A stretch of DNA of 42,602 bases from a virus, in the IMG/VR virus record IMGVR_UViG_3300045988_153375, positions 1 through 42,602 of that record; one strand, written 5' to 3'. Made by a program: the position numbers and the translations under genes. Under the pieces are notes generated by a model. It made no database searches. It worked only from the letters and a program-made list of their open reading frames with translations, and was not told the DNA's origin. Position 1 is the stretch's first letter, and every line of letters begins with the position of its first letter. Positions 1-9,012 of this stretch are shown piece after piece.

Positions 1-55
1 ACTGTCACTGTCGATGAGATTACTGGCGTCGCGGCCAGGTGGATTCTCAAACATA
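1..55. repeat. 55-nt exact terminal overlap (copy 1), circular-assembly junction
   Basis: nt 1-55 (actgtcactgtcgatgag...ttctcaaacata) recur verbatim at 42548-42602. Confidence 0.95.
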
Positions 56-249
56 TCGAGCATCACAAGAGGAAGAGGGAGGGCGCCCGTCTGGCGTACG
101 ATTTCATTCTTTGTTTGGAGGAAATGCTGGGCAGCGAGAAAGGGGCGCTGGAGTGGAGGCTCGCTTTGTCTGATGCGCGGGATAGGCTTGTTGATTTGTG
201 TGATCTGGCGGGCGTGCCGGCGGAGGAGGTGATAGGGTCCGATATTTAA
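1..249 (+). CDS. 3' part of a junction-spanning hypothetical protein (starts at 42299)
   Basis: Frame 1 is open from nt 1 to TAA at 247-249. It is in phase with the ORF starting at ATG 42299 once the 55-nt overlap is collapsed (about 165 aa in total). Confidence 0.6.
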   Translation, partial: TVTVDEITGVAARWILKHIEHHKRKREGARLAYDFILCLEEMLGSEKGALEWRLALSDARDRLVDLCDLAGVPAEEVIGSDI

Positions 250-315
250 CCCCTGCGCCCTTCAACAATGAATAGTAGTATCCGTCACAATATTTAGGAA
301 GAGAGAAGTATTACT

Positions 316-597
316 ATGGGTACAGTTTTCGGAACGGTTGTCGCTCAGGCTGTCCGTGAGTGGAATAATGACGGGCGCCGCCACGAGTTCAATGTGCATG
401 CGCCTGCCCGCAAGATTTACGATGGCGGCATTATCACTATCGGCAGCACGTGCCGCATTGTGGTCGCCGGTAACACTGTGCGGGCAAGGTCCATTAAGCG
501 GAAGAGCCTCGCGATTCCTCCGGAGAATGTTGGTGAGTTCGTCCGCCGTGCTTTGATTGTCGCGGCGAACCGCAGTAAGGCGGCCGGCAATGAGTGA
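316..597 (+). CDS. hypothetical protein (93 aa)
   Basis: ORF preceded by TAGGAAGAGAGAAG (295-308), a purine-rich RBS-like element. Confidence 0.6.
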   Translation: MGTVFGTVVAQAVREWNNDGRRHEFNVHAPARKIYDGGIITIGSTCRIVVAGNTVRARSIKRKSLAIPPENVGEFVRRALIVAANRSKAAGNE

Positions 598-952
598 CTC
601 TGCTGTTGATAGGGCGACGTTCGTCTTTCTTGCCAGTTGTGTCGGTGATTTCGCTCAGCGGCCTCAGTGTTCGATAACCGCTTTGCGTGGCAATAATGGG
701 GGCGGCCGCCTTTTTGGGGTTCTGTTCAAGGCGGTGGCCATGAATCCTGTCGAGAGGACTGTCTTCAGGATTGTTGTGACGAATAACGGTAATTGGCGGG
801 TTCGTATTATTCAGGTGTCAAATCATGTCATTTTGGATGAGCGTGACGCTGACCGTGACCTTATCGTCGATGCTGTGAATCGTTTCATGGAGCTGGCTGG
901 CATGGTGGAGAGTGAGGAGTCGCGATTGACGATGAGCTGCGCCCTATTGTGA
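590..952 (+). CDS. hypothetical protein
   Basis: ORF 557-952. ATG 590 (MSDSAVD...) overlaps the upstream stop (595-597), so it is preferred over 557. Confidence 0.5.
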   Translation: MSDSAVDRATFVFLASCVGDFAQRPQCSITALRGNNGGGRLFGVLFKAVAMNPVERTVFRIVVTNNGNWRVRIIQVSNHVILDERDADRDLIVDAVNRFMELAGMVESEESRLTMSCALL

Positions 953-1233
953 CCGAATTCGTCATGGAGATGCTCAATGATCCGCGCTGCGAGTCCATCC
1001 TGTTAGACGTTAGGGAGGATGCCGGGGTGGGCAGTGATCTGCCCGTCCCCTACTTGGACGTCGCCGGGAAACAATACGGATGCACTCTCAACATTGTGAG
1101 GGTCGAGTATTCGGTGAGTGTTCGAAACGCTGGCACGAATGAAACAATAACAACTGTAGAGAGAGGAAAAGGGGCGTGGGAGCTTCAGGATCTGCTCGGC
1201 GAAATCAAGACAAAACTGTGGGAGGACAAATGA
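949..1233 (+). CDS. hypothetical protein (94 aa)
   Basis: GTGA start/stop overlap with the upstream gene. An alternative ATG lies at 964. Confidence 0.5.
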   Translation: MTEFVMEMLNDPRCESILLDVREDAGVGSDLPVPYLDVAGKQYGCTLNIVRVEYSVSVRNAGTNETITTVERGKGAWELQDLLGEIKTKLWEDK

Positions 1234-1544
1234 TCAAGCTATTCGATTGGGAATTTCTGAAGCACGTCACTGAGGCGTGCAAGGATTATGCCAGTAAGGG
1301 TGGGAATGATTCGCTCGGCCTAGAAGTAAGCGCCTGGAACAACAGCATCCATATTGTGGTCGCGTCGTTGGGGCACAGGTTTGTTTTTGAGACAGATACT
1401 GTGCGCGGCTACAAGGTGACGATTTTCGAACAGACGAACCGTTATTGGAGCCCCATGTTCGACGTCGGCTACACTTTCGACGGCGATGAGGTTCTTAACG
1501 CTTTCAATAGTTTTCTTGTCCATGTGGAGGTGGAAAACAATTGA
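1230..1544 (+). CDS. hypothetical protein (104 aa)
   Basis: ATGA overlap with the upstream stop (MIKLFDWEF...). The longer 1176 start has no support. Confidence 0.55.
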   Translation: MIKLFDWEFLKHVTEACKDYASKGGNDSLGLEVSAWNNSIHIVVASLGHRFVFETDTVRGYKVTIFEQTNRYWSPMFDVGYTFDGDEVLNAFNSFLVHVEVENN

Positions 1545-3112
1545 GTATTGAGAGGATTGCGGATTACGAGTTCGCATCCCCGGATGAGGGAGTGCACTAT
1601 GATTGGTTCGCTGACAGGATCATTGACTATTTGCAGTCCAGGTCGCCGGAAACGCCGTCACGTTTCCTGTGGACGACTTTTCTGACGATGGTGTCCGCAC
1701 CGTTGTCTGCGAGGACTCATTTGTCTGCGAACGCGCAGAACATGGTGCCGTTGACTTTGTATTCGCATTGTCTTGGGGCGTCCACTTTGTCGAGGAAGAC
1801 TACGGCGCAGTCTTTGGTGCGCGGTTTTTTTGACGATTGCGTGGGCGCGTTCAGGTGGGATTCGTCTCGGTCTTTGGCGATCGTGCAGGAGGTGGATTCG
1901 GCACTCCACATGCTGCACCGTCGCCTGGAATCCCTGGAAAGAAAGAGCGGGCGTATTGATATTGACGAGTACCGGACGGAGCGTGACGATATTAATAATC
2001 GTATCGCCGAGTTCGAGGCCGATCGAAAAGATTTGCTGAACACTATCGGCAATAGTCCGTGTGAGCGATCTTTGATGGCGAATGTTTCGTTCGGGTCTAA
2101 TGTGACGGCTGAAGGTTTGAATCTTCGGATGGCGCAGCGGCCTGGCGGGGCGTCTATCATGTTTGTAGACGAACTACAGAACATGTACTCCGCGTCACAG
2201 GGTGAGGGTTATCGTAGCGGGCTCATCGGATTCCTGACCGACGTCTACTCTGGCAAAACGGTTGAGTCCGTGCGTGTCGGCGACGATGGCGTCAGGCGTG
2301 CGGATAGTGAGAGGGTTCCCCATTTTCTCGCTTTCTGCGGCACTGGAATTCTCGGCGACGTAGTCGATAACATGTCGCAGTCTTTGTTCGAGACAGGGTG
2401 GGGGCCGCGTATTCTTTTCGCGTTGGATGAAGAGAATCGTCAGTCTGACCCGTCGTCTTTCGGATGGATCACCGACAATGACTTGAGCGCGCGTGGTGGT
2501 GATGGTTTCGTTGAGCATGCTTCCGAACATATTTCAACAATGCTGGGGATGATGCAGCGCGAATTTCGCGGTACTGTCACTTGCGTCACCGAGTTCTGGC
2601 CTGTCAACACGCCAATGACTATGACCGTGACCGAGTCTGCCCGGAATGTTTGGGTAGAAACAATGCGAGCCTGGGCCGGGGAGGCGGCCCGAGAGTCGCC
2701 CTTCAGGCGTGCGGTACAGGCGGTTATTGACCGCATGGGGAATCACATTATGCGCGTGGCCGCTATTCTGTCTCTTTTCGAGCAGCAGATGAGCGTGTCA
2801 TCGTCCGCGGTTCGGAAAGCATTCAGTCTGGCCGCTGATTTCTGGCTGCCTGATGCGCTGAAAATGGTCGACTATGTTTTTGTTCCGGATTTGACGCGTA
2901 TGGTGGATGATTTCAGTAGTAATCCTCCTACTGAGACGCGCCTTTATCAGGTGTTGGAGGCGAAGAATTTGTCCCCGCGGAGTGTCGAGGAGTATCGGCA
3001 GTACATTCTTCGTCGGGGCGTGAAGTTCCGCACCGAAGGTACCATCGTGGATAATGATCTCGTGGAGGCGATTCTGCGGGATCAGATAGCGGAACCATCG
3101 TACGGTGAGTGA
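1541..3112 (+). CDS. DUF3987-like helicase-type replication protein (523 aa)
   Basis: TTGA overlap start with GGAGGTGG 9 nt upstream. Layout matches DUF3987: a Walker-A-like ASTLSRKT, a Walker-B-like IMFVDELQ, and then GWGPRILFAL. Confidence 0.55.
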   Translation: MSIERIADYEFASPDEGVHYDWFADRIIDYLQSRSPETPSRFLWTTFLTMVSAPLSARTHLSANAQNMVPLTLYSHCLGASTLSRKTTAQSLVRGFFDDCVGAFRWDSSRSLAIVQEVDSALHMLHRRLESLERKSGRIDIDEYRTERDDINNRIAEFEADRKDLLNTIGNSPCERSLMANVSFGSNVTAEGLNLRMAQRPGGASIMFVDELQNMYSASQGEGYRSGLIGFLTDVYSGKTVESVRVGDDGVRRADSERVPHFLAFCGTGILGDVVDNMSQSLFETGWGPRILFALDEENRQSDPSSFGWITDNDLSARGGDGFVEHASEHISTMLGMMQREFRGTVTCVTEFWPVNTPMTMTVTESARNVWVETMRAWAGEAARESPFRRAVQAVIDRMGNHIMRVAAILSLFEQQMSVSSSAVRKAFSLAADFWLPDALKMVDYVFVPDLTRMVDDFSSNPPTETRLYQVLEAKNLSPRSVEEYRQYILRRGVKFRTEGTIVDNDLVEAILRDQIAEPSYGE

Positions 3113-4004
3113 TGTTTTCGGGGCGCGTTTCCCTGTGATGGTAGCGGGCAATGTTCGCTCCATCACAGGGTGGCGTGCCACTAACGTAAACCTTAATGAT
3201 TTCGCTGCCTTGTGTGAGGCGCCCTCAAAATGTGAGAAGTATGATGCTCCAGCTTTTTTTGCTGGCATTCTTTCGGGGGGTAGGCGGCAGAAGAGAAATT
3301 TTGTGTCCAGGTCCGCTATCGTTTTGGATGCGGATCATGGGTCGCGGAAAGATTTTGTCGGGGACCGCATGCGGACAGCGAATCTCGCCGGTATTGTGTG
3401 GGAGACGGCGTCGTCGTCTTTTCCGTCCCCGCGTTTCCGTGTTGTTCTGCCGTGCACTCGCAGCATGACCGTAGGAGAGTGTGAGGCGATCGGCCGGACG
3501 TGCTTTAGCGTGTTGGGGCCTGTGGCCCAGTGGGATGGGTCGTGCGCTGAGGCGTCTCGAGCTTTTTTCCTGCCATCACATCGCCTCGGGCTGCGAGTGC
3601 GCCATTGGCTCATTGACGGTGCCCGTTTGAATGTTGATAAGTGGCTGGAGAATATCGGGTACGAGGAGAAGAATGAGGGTGTTTCTTCGTCTTCTGTGCC
3701 CGATGGCGGTTATGGTGGTGTGATCGGGGAATTCAACTCGAAGTATAGTTTTGGTGATCTTGTTCGTTTGTTTGGTTGGCCTTACGAGTTGGTGGGGCGC
3801 CGTTGGCGGTATGTGCGTGGTGGGGACACGGCCCCAGGCGTGACGATGTTGGACGGTGGTCTGATCTACTCGCATCATGCGGATGATCCGCTCGCTGACG
3901 GCCGGGCGCACACTGTCTTCGATTGTGTAAGGGTGCTGGAGTGCGGTGGTGACGTGGGAGCGGCCGTGGGTGAGGCGCTGTCTCTCCTCCAACTGGAGAT
4001 GTGA
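3105..4004 (+). CDS. putative archaeo-eukaryotic (AEP) type primase, VirE_N/BT4734-like
   Basis: GTG start overlaps the upstream gene end. Motifs: AIVLDADHG (DxD), SSSFPSPRFRVVLP (SxSGxG-like strand) and WDGSCAEASRAFFLPSH (D.sc.d.sR..f). Recognised by eye only. Confidence 0.45.
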   Translation: MSDVFGARFPVMVAGNVRSITGWRATNVNLNDFAALCEAPSKCEKYDAPAFFAGILSGGRRQKRNFVSRSAIVLDADHGSRKDFVGDRMRTANLAGIVWETASSSFPSPRFRVVLPCTRSMTVGECEAIGRTCFSVLGPVAQWDGSCAEASRAFFLPSHRLGLRVRHWLIDGARLNVDKWLENIGYEEKNEGVSSSSVPDGGYGGVIGEFNSKYSFGDLVRLFGWPYELVGRRWRYVRGGDTAPGVTMLDGGLIYSHHADDPLADGRAHTVFDCVRVLECGGDVGAAVGEALSLLQLEM

Positions 4005-4114
4005 GCCAGGTCATGCTCCTGTGGGTTGACGGGGGCGTGCACGGTCTGCCTATACTTGAGCCGTCACCGAGGAACGGTGACACCGACGCGAAGAGAAGAG
4101 AGAAGAGGAAAACC

Positions 4115-4327
4115 ATGGACACTGTCGCTCGCCGCAGTACTCGGGACGACGTCATCATGTTCGACATTATCCCTACGCTTGACCAGATGGACGACTACGA
4201 CGTCGCCGCGATCGCCGATGACGTGATTGGACAGTACTTCTCCGCCACTGGCACTCCCTACTATGTGGTGGACGTTGACGAGGACTCCTACTGGGCCGCC
4301 GTGGAGCGTCACGCCATCGCCCACTGA
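4115..4327 (+). CDS. small acidic hypothetical protein (70 aa; alternative start 4001)
   Basis: ATG 4115 is preceded by AGAGGAAAA. The protein is D/E-rich and is followed by a strong hairpin. Confidence 0.45.
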   Translation: MDTVARRSTRDDVIMFDIIPTLDQMDDYDVAAIADDVIGQYFSATGTPYYVVDVDEDSYWAAVERHAIAH

Positions 4328-4332
4328 CCGCC

Positions 4333-4376
4333 ACAACGAACCCCGTCCCATCGTTCGGTGGGGCGGGGTTCGTTGT
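4333..4376 (+). terminator. hairpin terminator
   Basis: 13-bp perfect stem: ACAACGAACCCCG (4333-4345) pairs with CGGGGTTCGTTGT (4364-4376). Confidence 0.6.
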
Positions 4377-4457
4377 ACAGAAAAGAGGAAAAACGAGTGA
4401 CACTACTAATGTTCATGCTCGCCATTTGCCTACTAGTGATCGTTTGGACGAATTTCA

Positions 4458-5852
4458 ATGATTAACATTCGGCCCACCGGGGCGCAGGAAAGAGAAATCA
4501 ATCGCACCGTCACCGCGATTCGAGACGGCGGAGGCGCTTTGCTGGCGTGGGAACCCGGCTGCGGCAAAACATACGGCGCCATCTGGGTCACACAAAAACT
4601 CAGTGCTGCCAGGCGGGTCATCATCGTGTGTCCGAAGCGCGTCATTCCGTCATGGCAGGCCAGTATCAAGACCATCACCGGTCAGGAAGCGAAAGTGCTG
4701 TCTCGCACCACTAAGGCGGGGCGCGCCAACATTGAGGACATGTTGAAAGGCGCAGACGGTTGGTGGATCATTAATTTCGAACTATTGGTTTCCCTGGGAA
4801 AGGCGGTAGACGCGAAAAAATGGCCGAATGTTTCCTTCTCAAGGAAATCGTTCGATATGGTGGTCGTGGACGAAGTCCATCGCATTGCGAATCATCGCAC
4901 TCGGTCTTTCCGGGCCGTGAGAGCGTTGAAGTCAAGGTATCGTCTTGGCCTGTCGGGCACGCCTGCCGGCAATAAACCCGTCAACATTTACGGTGTTCTC
5001 AAATTCCTGAACCCGGACAGTGTCGACCGTAGTTTCTACCGGTTTGCGGATGAGTTTTTTGTTTCTGAGTTCAATCCCTTTGCGGCGTCTCGGTATGCCA
5101 GGATTTATGGTGGCGAGAAGGATCCCGGTGCTCTTCGCGATTCCATGGGTGACAATTGGTCTGCGATGCGAGGTAGTGAGGTTTTCGGTGATCTACCTCC
5201 CGTAAATGTTCAACGCGTCACCTGCAGGATGAAACGTGAACAGAAGAGAATGTATCAGGAATTCGTGGATCATCGTTTGGCGGTTATGGATGGTGGGGCC
5301 AGTGTCGCCTTGTCCGCCGCCGTTCTAGACGGAAGGCTCAGGCAGATCACTCTCGGACCGCTGAGAATCGTGGACGATAGCGTGGAGTTCGAGGAGCGTG
5401 GGTCGTCGAAGATCGACGCGACTCTGGACATTCTGTCGGATTTGCCGTCCGATGAGAGGGTTATTCTGTGGTGCCATTCACGCACGTTTATGACGCCACT
5501 GCGGAAGCGACTGGCCGATGCCGGCTATCAGAGCGTTGAATTGTCCAGTGATTATCGTGATGAGTGGCGACGATTTCTGGAGCCGAATGGGCCGCGGGTT
5601 TTGTGTGCTGTTATTGCGGCCGCCGCCGAAGGTATTGATGGTTTGCAGGGTGTTTGTAATACTGAGGTTTGGTTGAGTGAGGATAATAGTGTGATTTTGA
5701 ATTTGCAGGCGTCTGCTCGTTTGAATCGTAAAGGGCAAACAAAACGGGTGAATCGTTTTCTTTTGCAGTGTGAGAACACTGTGGACGTGACGGCTGTGGA
5801 GCCCCGGTTGGCGGCTGGGTATGAGCGTCTGCGTGAGAGCGGCCTCATATGA
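4458..5852 (+). CDS. SNF2-family (DEAD/DEAH-box) helicase
   Basis: Motifs GCGKT (motif I), VVVDEVHRI (motif II) and LSGTPAGNKP (SNF2 motif III), plus a C-terminal helicase domain. Confidence 0.85.
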   Translation: MINIRPTGAQEREINRTVTAIRDGGGALLAWEPGCGKTYGAIWVTQKLSAARRVIIVCPKRVIPSWQASIKTITGQEAKVLSRTTKAGRANIEDMLKGADGWWIINFELLVSLGKAVDAKKWPNVSFSRKSFDMVVVDEVHRIANHRTRSFRAVRALKSRYRLGLSGTPAGNKPVNIYGVLKFLNPDSVDRSFYRFADEFFVSEFNPFAASRYARIYGGEKDPGALRDSMGDNWSAMRGSEVFGDLPPVNVQRVTCRMKREQKRMYQEFVDHRLAVMDGGASVALSAAVLDGRLRQITLGPLRIVDDSVEFEERGSSKIDATLDILSDLPSDERVILWCHSRTFMTPLRKRLADAGYQSVELSSDYRDEWRRFLEPNGPRVLCAVIAAAAEGIDGLQGVCNTEVWLSEDNSVILNLQASARLNRKGQTKRVNRFLLQCENTVDVTAVEPRLAAGYERLRESGLI

Positions 5853-6169
5853 GATGTGATAGACGCCACGCCCACGAGGGTTGCGTGCAGTGCCGTCACA
5901 CACGTACGGTAGATGCCATGAAGACAGAAACACACAGCGGCTCGGCCATTCGTCTAGTGCGACGCCGCATGACAGGCACTATCAGAAACATTCTCGTATC
6001 CGACGACAGCGAATTGGTCGGCAGGAATTTCCTGATCGTCGCCCCAATGAACGATGGGCACTCAGACATTAACGTCATTCATGTCACGGTGGACAACATT
6101 AACATTGTGCGCGGCATGGCCGTCAATAATAATTTCGACATTTACGAACTCACCGCGCAGGAGGGGTGA
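5849..6169 (+). CDS. hypothetical protein (106 aa)
   Basis: ATGA overlap with the SNF2 stop. The N-terminus is Cys/His-rich. An alternative start lies at 5912. Confidence 0.45.
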   Translation: MRCDRRHAHEGCVQCRHTRTVDAMKTETHSGSAIRLVRRRMTGTIRNILVSDDSELVGRNFLIVAPMNDGHSDINVIHVTVDNINIVRGMAVNNNFDIYELTAQEG

Positions 6170-6177
6170 AAAATATT

Positions 6178-6384
6178 ATGCGCATCACACAGAGCACCAC
6201 GATTGACGAAATCGCCGGCCGCACCATCATTCTGAAATGGCCCACGAAATTCGGCGTCAAGACAATGCAACTGCACGTACCCAGCATTCGATCGGAGAAC
6301 ATCTGGCGGATTCAGTGCTATGCGGCCGTCATTTCTACAGCGATCGAGGAGCGGGCCGGCCTCACAGCAACCATTATCGAATAA
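6178..6384 (+). CDS. hypothetical protein (68 aa; alternative GTG 6166)
   Basis: AGGAGGGG at 6157-6164 lies upstream of ATG 6178. Confidence 0.45.
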   Translation: MRITQSTTIDEIAGRTIILKWPTKFGVKTMQLHVPSIRSENIWRIQCYAAVISTAIEERAGLTATIIE

Positions 6385-6428
6385 CGCACTATCAATCAAC
6401 ATTTAGGGAAGAGAGAGCAAAAACACTA

Positions 6429-6695
6429 ATGGGCGTCTACCTAGTATGGGAATCGTCGCAGAAAGGCGACTACCGGGTCTACTCGAATCTGGAACAAGCC
6501 GCAATGCAAGCAGAAGAGCTCGACGGCACCGTCTATGAAATCATGCCGGCCGGCGACGCGAGACTATTCTTCATTGAAGATATTGCGAGCGGGGACATTG
6601 AGGTTCACCGTGACGTCAGGCTCGCCGCCATCGCCGCAATTCAGGAAGGAGAGAAATTTGAATTTGAGCCCGGCCGCCGCAACAGCGATCAGTAA
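6429..6695 (+). CDS. hypothetical protein (88 aa)
   Basis: ATG 6429 is preceded by TAGGGAAGAGAGAG (6404-6417). The longer 6237 start is unsupported. Confidence 0.55.
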   Translation: MGVYLVWESSQKGDYRVYSNLEQAAMQAEELDGTVYEIMPAGDARLFFIEDIASGDIEVHRDVRLAAIAAIQEGEKFEFEPGRRNSDQ

Positions 6696-7407
6696 TGTTT
6701 TCGCCCCAACCGAACGCGACAAGCAAACGCGCATCGGCGTGAGCGAGATCGGGGACGATTGCGAACGATGCATCGCTGACAGGCTTCTCGGAATCCCGCA
6801 CGACACGGAAAATACGGGCACGCCACTGGCGCCCTTCCTGGGCACCGCGTTTCACGCTTTCGCGGAATCACGCACAAAAAACGAGCCGAATGTTCTAGTG
6901 GAGCAGAGAGTAGAGGTATGTGATCTTGAAGACTATGGGCGTATTTCTGGGAGTGTGGATCGTTTCGATATTGCGGCGGCGACAGTCCTAGACTGGAAGC
7001 TGCTCTCGAGGAAGAAGATTTCCGCATTCCGGAAGAGCGTTAAATGGGATAATGGTCTACCGCGATTCGCCGACACGGTGGCAGGAAACCAATTTCGTAA
7101 ATACTACATTCAAATCATGCTCTACGGGTACGGTCTCACGCAGCTCGGCTACGAGGTGGCCCACTGTTCTATTGTTGCCCTTCCAAGGGACTGCAGTGTA
7201 GAGGTGGTGCCGGACAGTATTTGTGAGTTCTCTTTCCCGTGGCGGCAGGACGTTGCGCTCGCGGCCCTGGAGAGACTCCAAAACATTTGGGAGAGAGCAA
7301 GGTCACACGATGGTGGGGGTGACAATCTCCAATCATCCCCTCTATGCTGGTACTGCTCACATGAGCGCCACACAGAGGCATTCAAAAACTACACTATCAA
7401 CGGTTAG
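6658..7407 (+). CDS. Cas4/RecB-type PD-(D/E)XK exonuclease
   Basis: TTG 6658 or 6664 follows AGGAAGGAGAG. Motifs: VDRFD...LDWK (D...D/ExK) and N- and C-terminal Cys clusters (DDCERC, CWYCSH) typical of Cas4-like 4Fe-4S nucleases. Confidence 0.75.
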   Translation: MNLSPAAATAISNVFAPTERDKQTRIGVSEIGDDCERCIADRLLGIPHDTENTGTPLAPFLGTAFHAFAESRTKNEPNVLVEQRVEVCDLEDYGRISGSVDRFDIAAATVLDWKLLSRKKISAFRKSVKWDNGLPRFADTVAGNQFRKYYIQIMLYGYGLTQLGYEVAHCSIVALPRDCSVEVVPDSICEFSFPWRQDVALAALERLQNIWERARSHDGGGDNLQSSPLCWYCSHERHTEAFKNYTING

Positions 7408-7422
7408 GAGGTGAAACATACT

Positions 7423-8163
7423 ATGACTTTCGAGGACACTCTCGCCCGTCTCGGAATGACGGTCGTGAACCCGGAGCAGAATAACCATTTCAACATGCTC
7501 ATTCATGGTGTGAGTGGCGTCGGCAAAACATCGCTCGCAGCCACAGCATCACAGGTGGACGACATGTCACCCGTCCTGTACGTTGATTTCGAATCCGGCA
7601 CACTCCCAGTACGGGATTGGGGAAACCTGCAAAACCTTACTGTCGTGCATTGCGACAAGTGGGTTGATTGCGCCAATCTTTGCGACAATATTGCACGCAA
7701 TCTTGCAGAATTCCCCTACAAAACTGTCGTATTCGACACGCTGGACAAGTGCCAGGAACTCATCCTGACCCACTATGAGACTGTGTCGAATGACACGTGG
7801 ACGAAATGGCGGGCAGTCTACGATTCCCTGTTGAAGGCGATCAGCGTATTCCTGGACACCCCCGACATTTCATTCATTGCTATCACGCATTCCGCGCGCG
7901 AAAGCAGTGAGGTCACTGGGGAAACGTTCATCGCCCCGTCTTTTGAGGGGCAGAAATCCGGGCAGCGCATCCCCGCTCTGTTCAATTTTGTCGGCTACAT
8001 GGAATGGGCGAACATAGACAATGGGGATGGTGAGGAAATCACCGTGCCAGTCCTGTACACTCGCAAACCGAACGTTGTGACAAAGCAACAGACGCGCGGG
8101 TTTCCGCCGGCAATGGGGAATCCGAGCATGACCAAGATTCACAATTACATCACTAGCCACTAA
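7423..8163 (+). CDS. RecA-like AAA ATPase (Sak4/AAA_24-like recombination protein)
   Basis: Walker A GVSGVGKTS and Walker B VVFDTLD. TAGGAGG lies 11 nt upstream of ATG 7423. Confidence 0.75.
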   Translation: MTFEDTLARLGMTVVNPEQNNHFNMLIHGVSGVGKTSLAATASQVDDMSPVLYVDFESGTLPVRDWGNLQNLTVVHCDKWVDCANLCDNIARNLAEFPYKTVVFDTLDKCQELILTHYETVSNDTWTKWRAVYDSLLKAISVFLDTPDISFIAITHSARESSEVTGETFIAPSFEGQKSGQRIPALFNFVGYMEWANIDNGDGEEITVPVLYTRKPNVVTKQQTRGFPPAMGNPSMTKIHNYITSH

Positions 8164-8190
8164 CCAAACATAGGAAGAGAGAAAATTATT

Positions 8191-8304
8191 ATGGCTAAGA
8201 TCACTGTTACCGCTGACCGTGGTGTCTCCGCTGAAACTCTCGCTATCGCCGCCGACGCTGTCAGGGAAGCGCTCCGCAGCAAGCCCGCTGACGGCGAGAA
8301 CTGA
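8191..8304 (+). CDS. micro-ORF (37 aa), hypothetical
   Basis: ATG 8191 follows TAGGAAGAGAGAA (8171-8183). Sequence MAKITVTADRGVSAETLAIAADAVREALRSKPADGEN. It is too short for the ORF track. Confidence 0.4.
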   Translation: MAKITVTADRGVSAETLAIAADAVREALRSKPADGEN

Positions 8305-8349
8305 CCCACCGTAATTCTCTTACCACCATCTCATAGGAGCACAATAATT

Positions 8350-8940
8350 ATGGCAACTGGCTTTAACTTCGGCACCGACCTCTCATCGCTGGAAGTCGCC
8401 ACCGGCGGCGGTAACTTCGAGCCGCCCAAGCCCGGAAAGCACTCCGCATTCATCACTAAGGCCGAAATGACCACGTCCAAGAGCGGCAGGCCAATGCTTG
8501 TCACCGATTGGATGATTGACGGTGACGACGAGGACGCCGGAAAGGCCCTCACTGACCGCACCGTTTTCACCATTAACAAGAATGGGAAGACCTTCATCCA
8601 TTTCAACATTCCGAAGTATTTCAGTGCCGCTGGTTTGTGGCCGGCCGATGCTAGGGAGCGGGCCGATCTTCTCTCGCCGCAGAAGATTGATACGACCGTG
8701 AAGCGTGCGTGCGAGAATCTAGAGGGTGCCCACGCAACATTGGTGACGCGAATGAGTAAGCCCAGGCCTCGTCTCGACGATTATGGTCGTCCCGCATACG
8801 AGCAGGACGAGAACGGGATCACGATTCTCGGCGAGGACGGCGCCCCGAAGCCTGCTTTCTGGCCTCCAAGGGCCGAGATTTCTTCCATTGATTTCGAAGC
8901 CAAGAAGAATACTTCGAACGCATGGTCGGTAGTCTTCTGA
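8350..8940 (+). CDS. DUF669-like putative ssDNA-binding protein
   Basis: N-terminal pattern F..G.D...LE....FEPPKPGKHSAFITKAE.TTSKSGRPML...W.I resembles DUF669. It lies next to the Sak4-like ATPase. Confidence 0.6.
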   Translation: MATGFNFGTDLSSLEVATGGGNFEPPKPGKHSAFITKAEMTTSKSGRPMLVTDWMIDGDDEDAGKALTDRTVFTINKNGKTFIHFNIPKYFSAAGLWPADARERADLLSPQKIDTTVKRACENLEGAHATLVTRMSKPRPRLDDYGRPAYEQDENGITILGEDGAPKPAFWPPRAEISSIDFEAKKNTSNAWSVVF

Positions 8941-8960
8941 CACACATGGTCGCATGATTT

Positions 8961-8998
8961 GAATAGCGGGGGCAACACTTACGTTGCCCCCGCTATTC
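8961..8998 (+). terminator. hairpin terminator
   Basis: 16-bp perfect stem GAATAGCGGGGGCAAC / GTTGCCCCCGCTATTC with a 6-nt loop. Confidence 0.65.
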
Positions 8999-9012
8999 AA
9001 CCTAGAAGAGAG

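Noticed and set aside
1-55. The 55-bp terminal repeat as a genuine biological direct terminal repeat
   Set aside because: The exact k-mer-sized overlap, with an ORF running through it, is most simply an assembler circularisation artefact. The true termini need read-level evidence.
14-232. 72-aa ORF at the window start (frame 2)
   Set aside because: It is out of frame with the junction-spanning ORF, which is continuous with ATG 42299. The product is R/G/C-rich and has no RBS.
4433-4678. 81-aa minus-strand ORF, and other short antisense ORFs across the early region (for example 1717-2184, 2798-3268 and 3733-4167)
   Set aside because: All lie antisense to better-supported plus-strand genes with recognisable motifs (SNF2, DUF3987-like, primase-like). 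They lack RBSs.
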